Source: an uncultured Acidobacteriota bacterium (lineage in GTDB: Bacteria; Acidobacteriota; Thermoanaerobaculia; UBA5066; Gp7-AA6). From it: a stretch of 64,000 nt of DNA. Where the stretch lies: assembly GCA_963723535.1 (NCBI GenBank), contig CAVRRE010000001.1:20765-84764 (forward strand), read 5' to 3'. Below are positions 52,676 through 64,000 of the stretch, one piece after another (the stretch's first letter is position 1; every line of letters starts with the position of its first letter). The position numbers and the translations under genes were made by a program. Below the pieces are notes generated by a model. It made no database searches. It was given only the letters and a program-made list of their open reading frames with translations, and was not told the DNA's origin.

Positions 52676-54730
52676 CAGACGAGGACCCGCGCCTCCGGAG
52701 CGAGGTACAGCTTCGTGCCCGGCCGCACTCCGAAAGCGGCGTACCAGGCGTCGAGGTTTCGCACCGTGTCGGCGCGGAACTCTCCCGGGGCGTGGCTGTC
52801 CGTCATGAGCGAGGTGCGCAGCGCCTCGGGCCTCTCCTTGACGCGCCAGGCCTGACCGAAGCCGATGAAGAAGCGCTGGTCGGCCGTGAAGCCGTCGAGA
52901 TCCGGGAAGCGGCTTCCCCGCGTAGGCGATCTTGTAGCCGTCGTAAGCGGCCGAGACGCCGGCGACATCGGCGATGTTCTCGGAGAGCGTCAGCTTGCCG
53001 TTGAGATGGACTCCCGGCAGCGGCTCGTACGCGTTGTACTGCGCGACGAGCCGCTCGGCCGCGGCGTTGAAGTGCGCGAGGTCTTCCTTCGTCCACCAGT
53101 TGGCGAGGCGGCCCTGCGCGTCGAACTGCGCGCCCTGGTCGTCGAAGCTGTGACTGATCTCGTGGCCGATGACCGAGCCCATCGCGCCGTAGTTGCGGAT
53201 CGGATCACCGCCCGGGTAGTAGAACGGCGGATTGAGAATCGCCGCCGGAAAGTTCATCGCGTTCTGCAGCGGCAGGTTCACCGCGTTCGCGGTCTGCGGC
53301 GTCATGCACCACTCTTTCCGGTCCACGGGCTGGCCGAGCTTGGCGAGGCTGCGGCGGTAGGTGAAGAGCTCCGCCCGCTGCGCGTTGCCGAGAGCGTCGT
53401 CGCGGCGGATCTCGAGGCCCGAGTAGTCGATCCACTTGTCCGGATACCCCATGCCGACGTAGAGCGTACCGACCTTGGCGAGGGCCTTCTCTTTCGTGGC
53501 CGGCGACATCCACTCGAGCTTCTCGATCCGGCGCTCGAACGCCGCGACGATGTTCCGGACCATCTCGTCGGCCTGCGCCTTGTCCTCGGCCGAGAAGTGC
53601 TTCTCGACGTAGAGGCGGCCTACGGCGTCTCCGAGAGAAGCGCTCGTCGCACTGACCGGCCGCTTCCAGCGGTCCCGCTGCTTCTGCACGCCTCCCAGCG
53701 CCGTCCCGTAGAAGCGGAACCTCTCCTCGGCGAAGGCGGCGGGCAGCAGCGGCGAGGCGCGGTCGACCGCGTGGTAGGTCAGGTAGTCCTTCCAGACGTC
53801 GAGCGGCTCCTTGCCGGCGAGCGCCGCGATGCCGGTGACGGCGCCCGGATGCCAGACCATGATCATCGGCTGGCCCGAGAGGCCGGCGGCCTCGAAGTAG
53901 GCCGCCCAGTCGAGCCCGGGCGCCTTCGCCGCGAACTCGCGCAGATTCCACGGGTTGTTCGCCTTGTGCACGTCGACCGAGTCGGTGCGGCTGACATGCG
54001 ACTCGGCGATGCGGCGCTCGAGCTCGTACACGCGGGCGCCGCGGGCGTCGGCGTCACGGAACGCTCGCGAGCTTCAGGACGGCGACGACGTGGGCCTTGT
54101 ACTTGGCCTGGAGCTCGACGGCCTTCGCGTCGGTGTTCAGGTAGTTGCCCCGATCCGGCATGCCGAGCCCGCCCTGGAGCAGGTACGGCACGTAGCGGCT
54201 CGCGTCCGCGAAACCGGGAGCCGCCCAAAGGCCGAGCGGGCGGTCGGTGTAGAAGTCAGTGCAGTTGAGCGCGTCGACAGTCGGCGCGCAGCCCGTTGCC
54301 GAGGACGCGCGCGAGCCCGCTTGATCGCTGATGGCCGCGATCGCGTCCAGCTCCGCCTTCAGGGGTGAGAGCCCGCGCTTCTCGATCTCCGCTCTCGTCC
54401 ATGTAGGCGTCGTAGATACGCGCCGACCATCGCGGCCGACGAGTCGGTCGGGGCACCCGCCTTTCCGACGTTCTGGATGAGGTCCACCGTCCGCTTCTCC
54501 ACCATCTCGTCGACCAGGGTGAACGAGGCGTAAACCGGCGCGGTCCGCCGGAATCTCCGTCGTCTTCATCCAGCCGCCGTTGGTGTAGGCGTAGAAGTCG
54601 TCGCCGGGACGGATCGCCCGGTCCATGCTGGCGACGTCGACGGCCGGGCGCCTTCGGCCGGGACTCGGCGGCGAGCCACGGCGCCGATCCCGAAGGCCAG
54701 AATCAGGAGCGGCAGCCAGGGCCGCTTCAT
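52672..54730 (-). CDS. M13-family zinc metallopeptidase (neprilysin/PepO-like), several frameshifts
   Basis: PGDDFYAYTNGGW, ANAVN, FPAAIL.PP, IGHEISHSFDDQG, ENIAD, FF..F.Q.W and HAP. Confidence 0.92.
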
Positions 54731-54949
54731 TTGGTTTCTCAAGAATCCCTCGCTTTCATCCGCGCGTCCGGCCGCCCGAACGGGCCAACAGACTACCGTC
54801 CCCCGGCGGGCCGGCGAGCACGAAAACCGCACGGTTCTTGCCGACTTCTTGGCTCCGCGACGGCGGGCCAACCGTGATTAAGTCGTCGAACTTCTCGAGA
54901 ATACCGCGCACCGCGATCGAAGCCGTCCCGTGTCGCCCTCGCCGGATCC

Positions 54950-56234
54950 ACCGGAATCCGGTGGCGCGTTCTGGGCCTCATCGTCCTCGCGAGCTTCGTG
55001 GCCTATCTGCTCCGGACGAACATGTCCGTGGCGGGCGAACGCATGATGGCCGAGCTCGGCCTGACGCAGGTGCAGCTCGGCGTCGTCCTTGCCGCGTTCG
55101 CGTGGGGCTACGCGGCGTTCCAGTTTCCCGGCGGCGTCTGGGGGGAGCGCATCGGGGCGCGCCGAGCCATTTTCCTGGCCGCGCTCGCCTGGGGAACCTG
55201 CAACCTCGCGATCGGGCTCGTCCCCGGCGCGGGGAAAGCTCCCCTCGCCTTCACGATGGGCATCCTGATCGTCCTGCGAGCGCTGATGGGGATGACGCAG
55301 GCCCCCTTCTACCCCGTGACCGGAGGAGCGCTGACCTGCAACTGGTTCCCGGTCTCGGGATGGGCCCTCCCCAGCAGCCTCAGCAACGTCGGGCTCACGC
55401 TCGGCGCCGCGGCAACCGGTCCGCTCATCGCCTGGCTCATGGTCCGCTTCGGCTGGCGAATGTCGTTCGTCCTGACGGCCCCGATCGCGTTCCTGCTCGC
55501 GGCCGTCTGGTGGTGGTACGTCCGGGACCGCCCGGCGCGAGCACCGCTCGGTTCGGCCCGCCGAGCGCGCCTGGATCGACCGCGACCGGCCCGCGACGCT
55601 TTGCGATCCCTGCGCTCCGGGCTCGGCTCGGCAGGTCCTCCGCGATCCGCAGGTCCTGCTGCTCGCGGCGAGCTACTTCTGCAGCAACTACGTCTTCTAC
55701 TTTTTCTTCAACTGGCTCTACATCTATCTCGTCGAGCATCGCGGCCTGAAGATCCTCGAGGGTGGAATCTTCGCGGCCATTCCCTGGATCAGCGGCGCCG
55801 TCGGGGCCCTCCTCGGCGGGCTCGGCTGCGACTGGGTCTCGCGGCGTCGGGGAAAGCGGATCGCGCACCGCGTCTTCGGCGGAGTGGGCCTCGCGTTGTC
55901 GGGAGCGATGCTTCTCGGCGCCGCGTACTCCGCCGGCCCCGTCGGCGCCGTCGTCTTTCTCTCCCTCTGTCTGGGATTCCAGCAGATGACCGACGCCGTG
56001 TTCTGGTCGGCCGCCATCTCGGTTTCGGGCAAGCATTCGTCGTCGGCCAGCGGCGTGATGAACACCGGAGGCAACATCGTCGGCGGAATCGGGGCGCTTC
56101 TCGTGCCGCTGACGGTGCGGAGCTTCGGATGGCCGGCCGCCCTGGTGACCGGCACGGTGTTCGCGGGCGTCGGCGCGGTGTTGTGGCTCTGGATCCGCGC
56201 GGATCGCGAGTTTCCCGAGGAAACTGCGGCGTGA
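54950..56234 (+). CDS. MFS transporter (anion:cation symporter-like), frameshifted; start uncertain
   Basis: RW.VLGL......YL.R.N.SVA, G...AAF.WGYA.FQ.PGG, and GVMNTGGNIVGG. Confidence 0.85.
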
Positions 56235-56241
56235 GCATGAC

Positions 56242-57400
56242 GTGGACCGCGCGCGCCTGCGCGCCGGGCGCCTGGCGCGCCTCCAGGCCGAGATGCGGAG
56301 GCAGGGCGTCGAGGCCTGCCTGCTCTTCAACGACCCGAACGTTCGCTATGCCGTCGGCGCCTCGGCCATGCCGATCTGGAGCAACACGACGTTCGTCCGC
56401 TGCGCCCTGGTCCCCGCCGAGGGTCGGCCCATCCTCTTCGACTATCCGAATGCCGTGCATCTCTTCCGCGGCCTCGAGGCCGAAGTCCGGCCGATGCACG
56501 CCTGGGAGTTCTACGACGACACGGACTCCCGGGCGCGCGACATTCGCCCGGGAGGTCGTCGCGGCGCTGCGCGACCTCGGCGTCTCGCCGTCGCGGCTCG
56601 CCGTCGACCGTCTTGGCACGCCCGGCTTCCTCGCGCTCCAGCGGGAGGGAATCGCGATCGTCGACTCGGCGCCGGTCACGACCGCGGCCCGAGAGATCAA
56701 GACACCCGAGGAGCTGGCTCTCTTCGAATGGGGCGGCGGGATCGTCATGGAGATGCTCGAGAACTTCGAGCGCGCTATCGCGCCCGGCGTCCGGGAGCGG
56801 GAGCTCCTGGCGATCCTCTCCGAGACACTGCTGCGGCGCGGCGGCGAGCACCTCGCGACGAGCACCGTCTGCTCCGGCCCCAACACAAATCCCTGGCGTG
56901 CCGAAGCCACGGCGCGCGTGCTCGAGAACGGCGACCTGGTCTACGTCGACACGGACGCCGTCGCCGTGGAGGGCTATTTCTTCTGCGTGTCCCGCGCTTT
57001 TCTCTGCGGCGACCGTCCGCCGACGCCCGCCCAGCGCGAGGTGTACCGCGTCGCTCACGACTGGCTGCGTGCGCTGCGTGAGCTCATCCGGCCCGGCCTG
57101 ACCTGCAGCGAGCTCGCCGCGAAGGCGCCTCGCCTCCCGGCGAAGTTCATGCCGCAGCGCTACGAAGTCATGATCCACAGCATCGGCCTCGAGGAGGAGA
57201 GCCCGAGCGTCGCCTACCCCGAGGACCCCCAGCCCAACGGGGATCGGTTGATCCAGGAGAACATGGTCCTCGTCGCCGAGCTCTACTGCGGCGAAGTGGG
57301 CGGACGCGACGGCGTCAAGCTCGGCGACCAGCTCGTCGTGACGGCCGACGGCGTGCGGGACCTGGTCCCGTACCGGTATTGCGAGGCGCTGCTCCGCTGA
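56242..57400 (+). CDS. M24-family (pita-bread fold) enzyme, DddP/creatinase-like, frameshift near 56540
   Basis: RL...M...G...CLL...PNVRYA; RRGGE...SGPNTNPW; DTD; IHSIGL.EE.P.VAYP; E.Y.GEVGG..GVKLGDQ. Confidence 0.8.
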
Positions 57401-57410
57401 GCCTCCGCGG

Positions 57411-60400
57411 CTAGGCGAGCGACTCGAGCAGAGCCGCCGCGTCCATGAGGTCCGGGGTGGCGAACCCCTCCGTGTACGTGGAGTAGACGCTTTCCAGCGC
57501 CGCGCGGGCTTCGACGCTCCGACCCTCGGACTGCCAGAGGCGCGCGAGGCTCGTGGCGGCCCGAAGCCCCCAGCCCCGGCTCCCCTGGCGGCTGGCCGTC
57601 TCGATGGCGAGGCGGAAGCAGTCCTCGGCGGCTCGAAACTGTTCCGGCGCCTCCAGCGCGCAGGAGCTCCCCCTTGAGACGGTGGAGCTCGGCCTCCTGG
57701 CATCGCTCGTCCGTCTCTTCGCCGACCGCCAGGCCTTCGTCCAGCGCCCGCCGCGCGTCCTCGAATCGACGGGCGCGAATGAGGGCCTCCCCGAGCGTGC
57801 TGAGCTGGAAAGGAAGGGTCAATCGGGCCCCGCCGGCGCGGAAGGCTTCGTGGCCCTTCCAGAGAAAGGGCAGGGCGTCGTCGGGCTCCCCTTCGAGAAG
57901 CATGCCGGCTCCCTTGAAGAACGTGCCGGTGGCGTGCCAGAGCGCGAACGCCTGCTCCGAGGCGATTTCGATCTGTTCCTCGGCGGCCGCCCGGACGTCG
58001 GATCCGAAGCGGCAGAACACCTGGAGCCAGCACGTGTGATGGAGGGCGTAGGCCAGGCTGTAGGGGTGTCCGATCTCGCGGGCCAGCTGGCGCATCTCGA
58101 GGTTGAGCGCTCGGGCCCGGTCCGGGAAACCCAGGTGCCACAGGGAGACGGCGAGGTTGGAGCGGCAGGTCACCCCGGCGTTGTGGCTCGTGCGCTCCGC
58201 CCACAGTCGGGTTCGCTCACGGTCGTCGTACTCGGCCACGGCCGTCGCAAAGTTGTCCCGCGCGCCGGCGAAATCCGCGCGATAGAGCTTGGTCTCGGCC
58301 GACATGAAGAGGGCCTCCATGGAGATGCCCGGATCGTTGAGCCGACCGGCAAACTCCATACCCTCGGCCGCCAGATCCACGCACAGCCGAAGGTCGGCGC
58401 GCACCGTGTGCCACTCCCAGATCCCCAGCATGAGCGCGAACAGCTGCTCCGGCTGCCCGATGCGCTCGCACAGCTCGCGCGCCCGGCGAAAGACGGGACC
58501 GACCTCGGGCGCCGCATAGCCTCGAGAGGCGATGTAGGCCGTGCCCAGAGGCCCCAGCAGCTCCAGCTCTTCCCCGTCCCGCTTCGCGGATTCGGGCAGC
58601 GTCGCCAGAAGACCGACGCCGCGGCTCAGGTGACCGACCGCCTCGACCTCCGCGGAGCGCTCCCGCGACCGCAAACCGGCCTTCAGCCAGTAGCGGATCG
58701 CCCTCTCGGCGAGACCCGCCTCCGTGAAGTGGTGCGCGATCAGCTCCGGCGGCGTCTCGACGGTCTGGACGGCTCCCGCCTCCAGAACTTCGGCGATCCT
58801 CCGGTGGAAGTCCTGTCGCCTCTCCTTGACGAGCGAGTTGTACAGCGCCTCTTCCAGAAGGGCGTGCTTGAAGACGTAACGGCATTTGGGCGTGCGGCCC
58901 TTGGGATACAGGATGTCGGCCCGCACGAGCTTGCCCAGCTCGTCCTGGAGAAACGTCTCGTCCACGGACGCGACGGCATCCAGCATTTCGTAGCTGAACT
59001 CCCGGCCGAGCGCCGCGGCGATCTGGGCGACTTCCCGGTCTCCTTCCATGCGGTCCAGCCTCGCCATGATCAGGTCCTGGAGCGTCGAGGGGATTTCGCG
59101 CGGCAGAGTCGGCGGGAGCGTTCCGGAGCTCGGCTCGGCGAGATCGAAGGCTCCGGACTCCTGCAGCGTTCGCGTGTACTCCTCGACGAAGAGCGGCACT
59201 CCCCCGGTTCGGGCGTAGACCTGCTCGACGAGCGGCTCCGGCACGATTTGTCCCGTCTTCTTGCCCATCAGCTCGCCGACCTGGCGCTGCGTCAGGCTGG
59301 TCAGAGCGAGAGTCGTCTGGTGGGCGGCGGTCGGCCAGGCCGGCTGGAACTCGGGACGGAACGTCACCACGGTCAGGATCCGGTCGTGCAGTCCCTCCGC
59401 GAAGAACAGCTGGAGAAACTCGAGCGTGGACGCGTCCGCCCAGTGAAGGTCCTCGACGACGAAGAGGACGGGGCGCCGGCCGGAGCACGCTCGCAGCCAC
59501 TCGACGAAGGCCCGGAACGTTTCCTCCCTCTCTCGAATCGGCGGCAGGCCGAGCGGAGGAAAGCGCTCATCCGTGGGCAGCGACAGGAGCGACGCGAAGA
59601 GAGGCACGAGCTCGGGACGCGCCAGGTCGTAGTCCCCCAGATGGCGCACCAGGCGTTCGAACCGTGAGGCCGGTGCGTGCTCCAACCCGAGGCTCAAAAA
59701 CCGTTCGAAGAACTCGGTCGCAGGATAAAGACCCGTGTTCTGGAGGCGGCCCGAACAGCGCCACTCGACGACAGCCGGGTCGGCCACGGCGGAAGGAGCC
59801 ATCGACATCGGCGCATCGCTCGAGGGTGCCGCGCCCTCCTGCTCTCGAACGAATTGCTTCATGGTTTGCACGAGCCGGCGACTTGCCCAGGCCCGGCTCG
59901 CCGATGAGGAGCACGATCTGCCCGGCGCCTTCCCGCGCCCTCTCCCAACGGTCCTTCAGCAGCGTGATTTCGAGGTCGCGTCCGGTCAGCGGCGTCAGCC
60001 CCGCCGCTCCCACCGCCTCGAGCGGATTGCGGACCTCGGCGACGCCTTGAACCCGGTAGATCTCGATCGGCTGCGCCAGGCCCTTGATCCGCTGCTCGCC
60101 CGCGCGGGTGCAGTCGAATCGACTGCGGATCAGCCGATGCGTCGCGCCGCTGCAGACGATCCCTCCGACGACGGCGACGTCCTTGAGTCGGACGGCCACG
60201 TTGCGCGCCTCGCCCACCAGAGACATCGGCCCGGGCCCGCCCCCGACCACCGCCGGGCCCGTGTGCACGCCGACCCACGGCCCCAGCTCCAACCCGTCGG
60301 TGCCGCGGAGCTGTCCGGCGAGGGACTCCATCTCGGCGAGGAGCGCCACGGCGGTGTGCGCCGCGCGCCGAGCCCCGTCCTCGAAAGCCACCGGGTACCC

Positions 60401-61540
60401 GAAGCAGAGCAGGAGCCCGTGCTCGTCGCACTGAACGACGGTCCCCTCGAAGCGGCGCGCCGCCCGGTCGCAAGCCTGCTGAAAGCCGCGGAGCACGCGC
60501 GCCTGGTCCTCGGCATCGAGGCGCTCGAGATAGGCCTCGGATTCGAAGACCTCGCAGCCGCAAACGAGAACGGTGACCTGGCGGCGCTCGGCCTCGGGCG
60601 CGCCGCGGCGCGAGGACGGCGTCGGCGTCGGCCGGATCGCGATGACGGACGAGGCGCCGCCTCCGGACCTCGGCGGCCCGGACTGCACGACGCTCTCGGC
60701 GTCCGGGAAGGACGCCTGCTCGATGGCGACGACGATCTCCCGGGCCGTCTGGAAACGCTTCTGTGGCGCCTTCTCGAGGCACCGACGGACGATGCGGTCG
60801 AGGGCCGGAGAGATGCTGCGCCCGGATTCGGAGAGGTCGGCGGGTTCCTGGTGCAGGATCGCGGCCATGGTGTCCGCGGGCGTCTCCTTCCTGAACGCTT
60901 TGCGGCCCGCCAGCAGCTCGTAAAGGATCGTCCCGAACGCGAAAATGTCCGACCGGTGGTCCACGGAGTAGCCGCGCACCTGCTCCGGCGACATGTAACC
61001 CGCGGTCCCCATGATGGTGCCGGGTTCCGTGAGGTCCGGAGTCACCGCGCCCGCATCGCTCCCCGAGCGCTTCGCCAGGCCGAAGTCGAGGATCTTGATG
61101 TGGCCGTCCGGCAGGACGAACAGGTTGTCGGGTTTCAGGTCCCGATGGACGACGCCCTTCTCGTGGGCCGCGGCGATTCCCCTGGCAATCTGCAGCGCGT
61201 AGCTGAGGGCCTGCCCCTGCGGAATCGGGCCCGCGGCGAGTCGGGCGCGCAGAGTCTCCCCTTCCAGCAGCTCCGTGACGGCGTAGGAGATGCCGCCTTG
61301 AACGCCGAAGTCGAAGATCGAAAGAATGTTGGGGTGTGAGAGCGCCGCCACGGCGAGCGCCTCGCGCTCGAAGCGGGCCTGATACTCCCGGTTCCGTGCG
61401 ACGGGCGTCGGAAGGACCTTGACGGCGACGTCACGCCGAAGCTTGGGATCCCGCGCCCGATAGACCTCACCCATCCCGCCCGAGCCGATCCGGGACAGGA
61501 TCTGATACGGCCCCAGGCGCTTGCCTGCCGTGAAAGCCAT
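57411..61540 (-). CDS. Ser/Thr kinase - class III cyclase-like - STAND/AAA ATPase - TPR multidomain protein, frameshifted
   Basis: IGSGGMGEVY, HRDLKPDN, DFGLAK; RRQVTVLVC...FGYP..FED.ARRA; GEPGLGKS, VEDLHWAD.ST, GGVPLFVEE; C-terminal TPRs ending WGLRAATSLARLW. Confidence 0.88.
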
Positions 61541-61634
61541 TGGACGATCGTCGCCACCACTCTATCAACGGGAGGCGGCGCCCCGCCCCGAAAGCGCGGG
61601 AACGTCTTCGAACCTTCGCCCTTCTGTAGGTTCG

Positions 61635-62000
61635 CTAGGCTCCCGGCGGGCAAAACCGCCGGATCGCGCTCAGGAGCGCCGGGGGCGAGAGCGGCTTCTG
61701 GAAGAACAAATCACTTCCGAGCTGCTGCGCCTTCTCTTTCGCGCGTCCGTCCGCCGTCACCACGATCACGGGAATCGACGCCAGCTTCGGGTCTCTGAGC
61801 TGCTCCTCACGGAACTCGTACCCGTTCATGACCGGCATCATGATGTCCAGGAGGATGACGCAATAGGATTCGGCCTCGCGAAGGCGCTCCAGCGCCTCGC
61901 GCCCATTCTCGGCGGTCACCACACGATGCCCTGCCCCTTCGAGGATCAAGCGAAGCGCCTCGACCGTCGCGGCGTCGTCATCGACCAGCAGGACTTGCAG
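61635..62000 (-). CDS. Single-domain response regulator (receiver)
   Basis: LLVDDD, ILLDIMMPVMNG, VTA and KP; start approximate. Confidence 0.88.
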   Translation of the reverse strand: MQVLLVDDDAATVEALRLILEGAGHRVVTAENGREALERLREAESYCVILLDIMMPVMNGYEFREEQLRDPKLASIPVIVVTADGRAKEKAQQLGSDLFFQKPLSPPALLSAIRRFCPPGA

Positions 62001-63147
62001 AGTCTCCCCTTTCCGAAATCGGAAGCTCCAAAACGAATTCTGCTCCTCCGCCCGGCGGACTTTCCACCCAGATGCGGCCCCCGTGCGCCTCTGCGATCTG
62101 TCGAGCGATCCACAGCCCGAGACCGAGCCCTCCGTACGAAACCTCCGACACTCCACGCTCGAAGCGCCCGAAGATGCGCTCCCGATCGCCGGGCGCGACC
62201 CCGACGCCGTAGTCGCGGACACGCACACGCGCCGCCGCGTCGCTTCGCTCGACCCGGACTTCGATCGCTCCGCCCCGCCCGAACTTCGAGGCGTTGGAGA
62301 GGAGGTTCGTGACGACCTGGTCGAGAGTCGCCCGGTCCCATCGGCCGGTGACGGGCCCCGGCGCCGACAGCACGATCTCCGATCCGCCGACCGCGGCATC
62401 GTCGCGGATGCGGTCGATTGTTTCCCGCACGAGCTCGGTGAGCTCCATCGGGCTCGGCTCCAGCGAGAAACCGCCGGCCGCCATCCGGGCGACATCCAGG
62501 AGGCGATCCGTCAGACCGGCGAGGCGATCCACCTCCCGCTGTGCCTTCGCGACCATGGCCACCTTCTCGGAGCCCTGCAGAGACTGCGCCAGGTTGTAGA
62601 GCTGGAGCTTGAGGACGTTCAGCGGAGTGCGCAACTCGTGGCCGGCGACCGAAAGGAAGGTGTCGCGGATCTGGACACCCTGCTGGGCCTCGCGCAGGAG
62701 GCGCTCCCGCTCGGCCTCGGCTTCCTTTCGTCCGCTGATGTCGCGGGCGATCTTCGCGGCGCCCACGACCCGGCCGGCGGCGTCCTTGACCGGGGAGACC
62801 GAGAGGGAGACCGGTATCTTCCGTCCATCCTTCGAGACCCGGATCGTCTCGTAGTGGTCGACACGCTCTCCGCGTCGAATCCGGCCGAGGATCGACTCCA
62901 TGTCGTCGTGGCGCTCGGCGGGCATGAGCACGGAGATCGAGCGCCCTACGATTTCGTGCGCGGCGTAGCCGAACAGCCGCTCGGCGGCCGGGTTCCAGGA
63001 CGTGATGACGCCCTCCAGGGACTTCGCGATGATGGCGTCGTCGGAGGATTCGACGATCGCTTCGAACCGCCGGGCCCGCGAAATGACGGTCTCCGGGTTG
63101 GTCTCGTCGAGCGGATCCAGGTCCGGGTTCGGGAATATCTGTTCCAC
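61978..63147 (-). CDS. PAS-domain sensor histidine kinase
   Basis: SSDDAII.KSLEG.ITSWN.AAERLFGY, HELRTPL, NLLSNASKF, D.GVG and GLGLGLWI. Confidence 0.95.
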   Translation of the reverse strand: MEQIFPNPDLDPLDETNPETVISRARRFEAIVESSDDAIIAKSLEGVITSWNPAAERLFGYAAHEIVGRSISVLMPAERHDDMESILGRIRRGERVDHYETIRVSKDGRKIPVSLSVSPVKDAAGRVVGAAKIARDISGRKEAEAERERLLREAQQGVQIRDTFLSVAGHELRTPLNVLKLQLYNLAQSLQGSEKVAMVAKAQREVDRLAGLTDRLLDVARMAAGGFSLEPSPMELTELVRETIDRIRDDAAVGGSEIVLSAPGPVTGRWDRATLDQVVTNLLSNASKFGRGGAIEVRVERSDAAARVRVRDYGVGVAPGDRERIFGRFERGVSEVSYGGLGLGLWIARQIAEAHGGRIWVESPPGGGAEFVLELPISERGDSASPAGR

Positions 63148-63160
63148 GGTTGGCCGCTCA

Positions 63161-64000
<840 letters not shown>

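Overview
A GC-rich (roughly 70% by eye) bacterial chromosomal segment. The gene families suggest Acidobacteriota (Thermoanaerobaculia-like), which is an inference. Most of it is housekeeping: gdhA, kynB-like cyclase, dacB, a nuclease-DinG helicase fusion, a PP2C/DnaJ/RodZ cluster, aroDE-trpEGDCFBA, cysS, def, thiE-mscS-acpS-ileS-lspA-lgt-rluD, exeAB-like genes, two ECF sigma/partner pairs, ald, aldehyde dehydrogenase, bactofilin, an M13 peptidase, MFS plus M24 enzyme, a kinase-cyclase-STAND protein, a two-component pair and the 3' end of katG. Single-base frameshifts occur throughout, including in essential genes such as ileS, so most are probably assembly indel errors, and many coordinates are reconstructed across frames. 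I found no tRNA, rRNA, CRISPR array or integrase. Highlights: (1) A lower-GC island (about 4160-8110) with two tandem modules, each a sigma-region-2-only small protein plus a paralogous TPR-like protein, ending in a translationally coupled, unannotated 37-aa peptide; this is a candidate RRNPP-like peptide signalling system. (2) An unannotated trpL leader (MTRHSSSNWWWRETR) with a full cascade of mutually exclusive hairpins upstream of aroDE-trp. (3) An ECF sigma paired with a domain-reversed Ada/MGMT. (4) A DddP-like M24 enzyme with altered metal ligands beside an MFS transporter.
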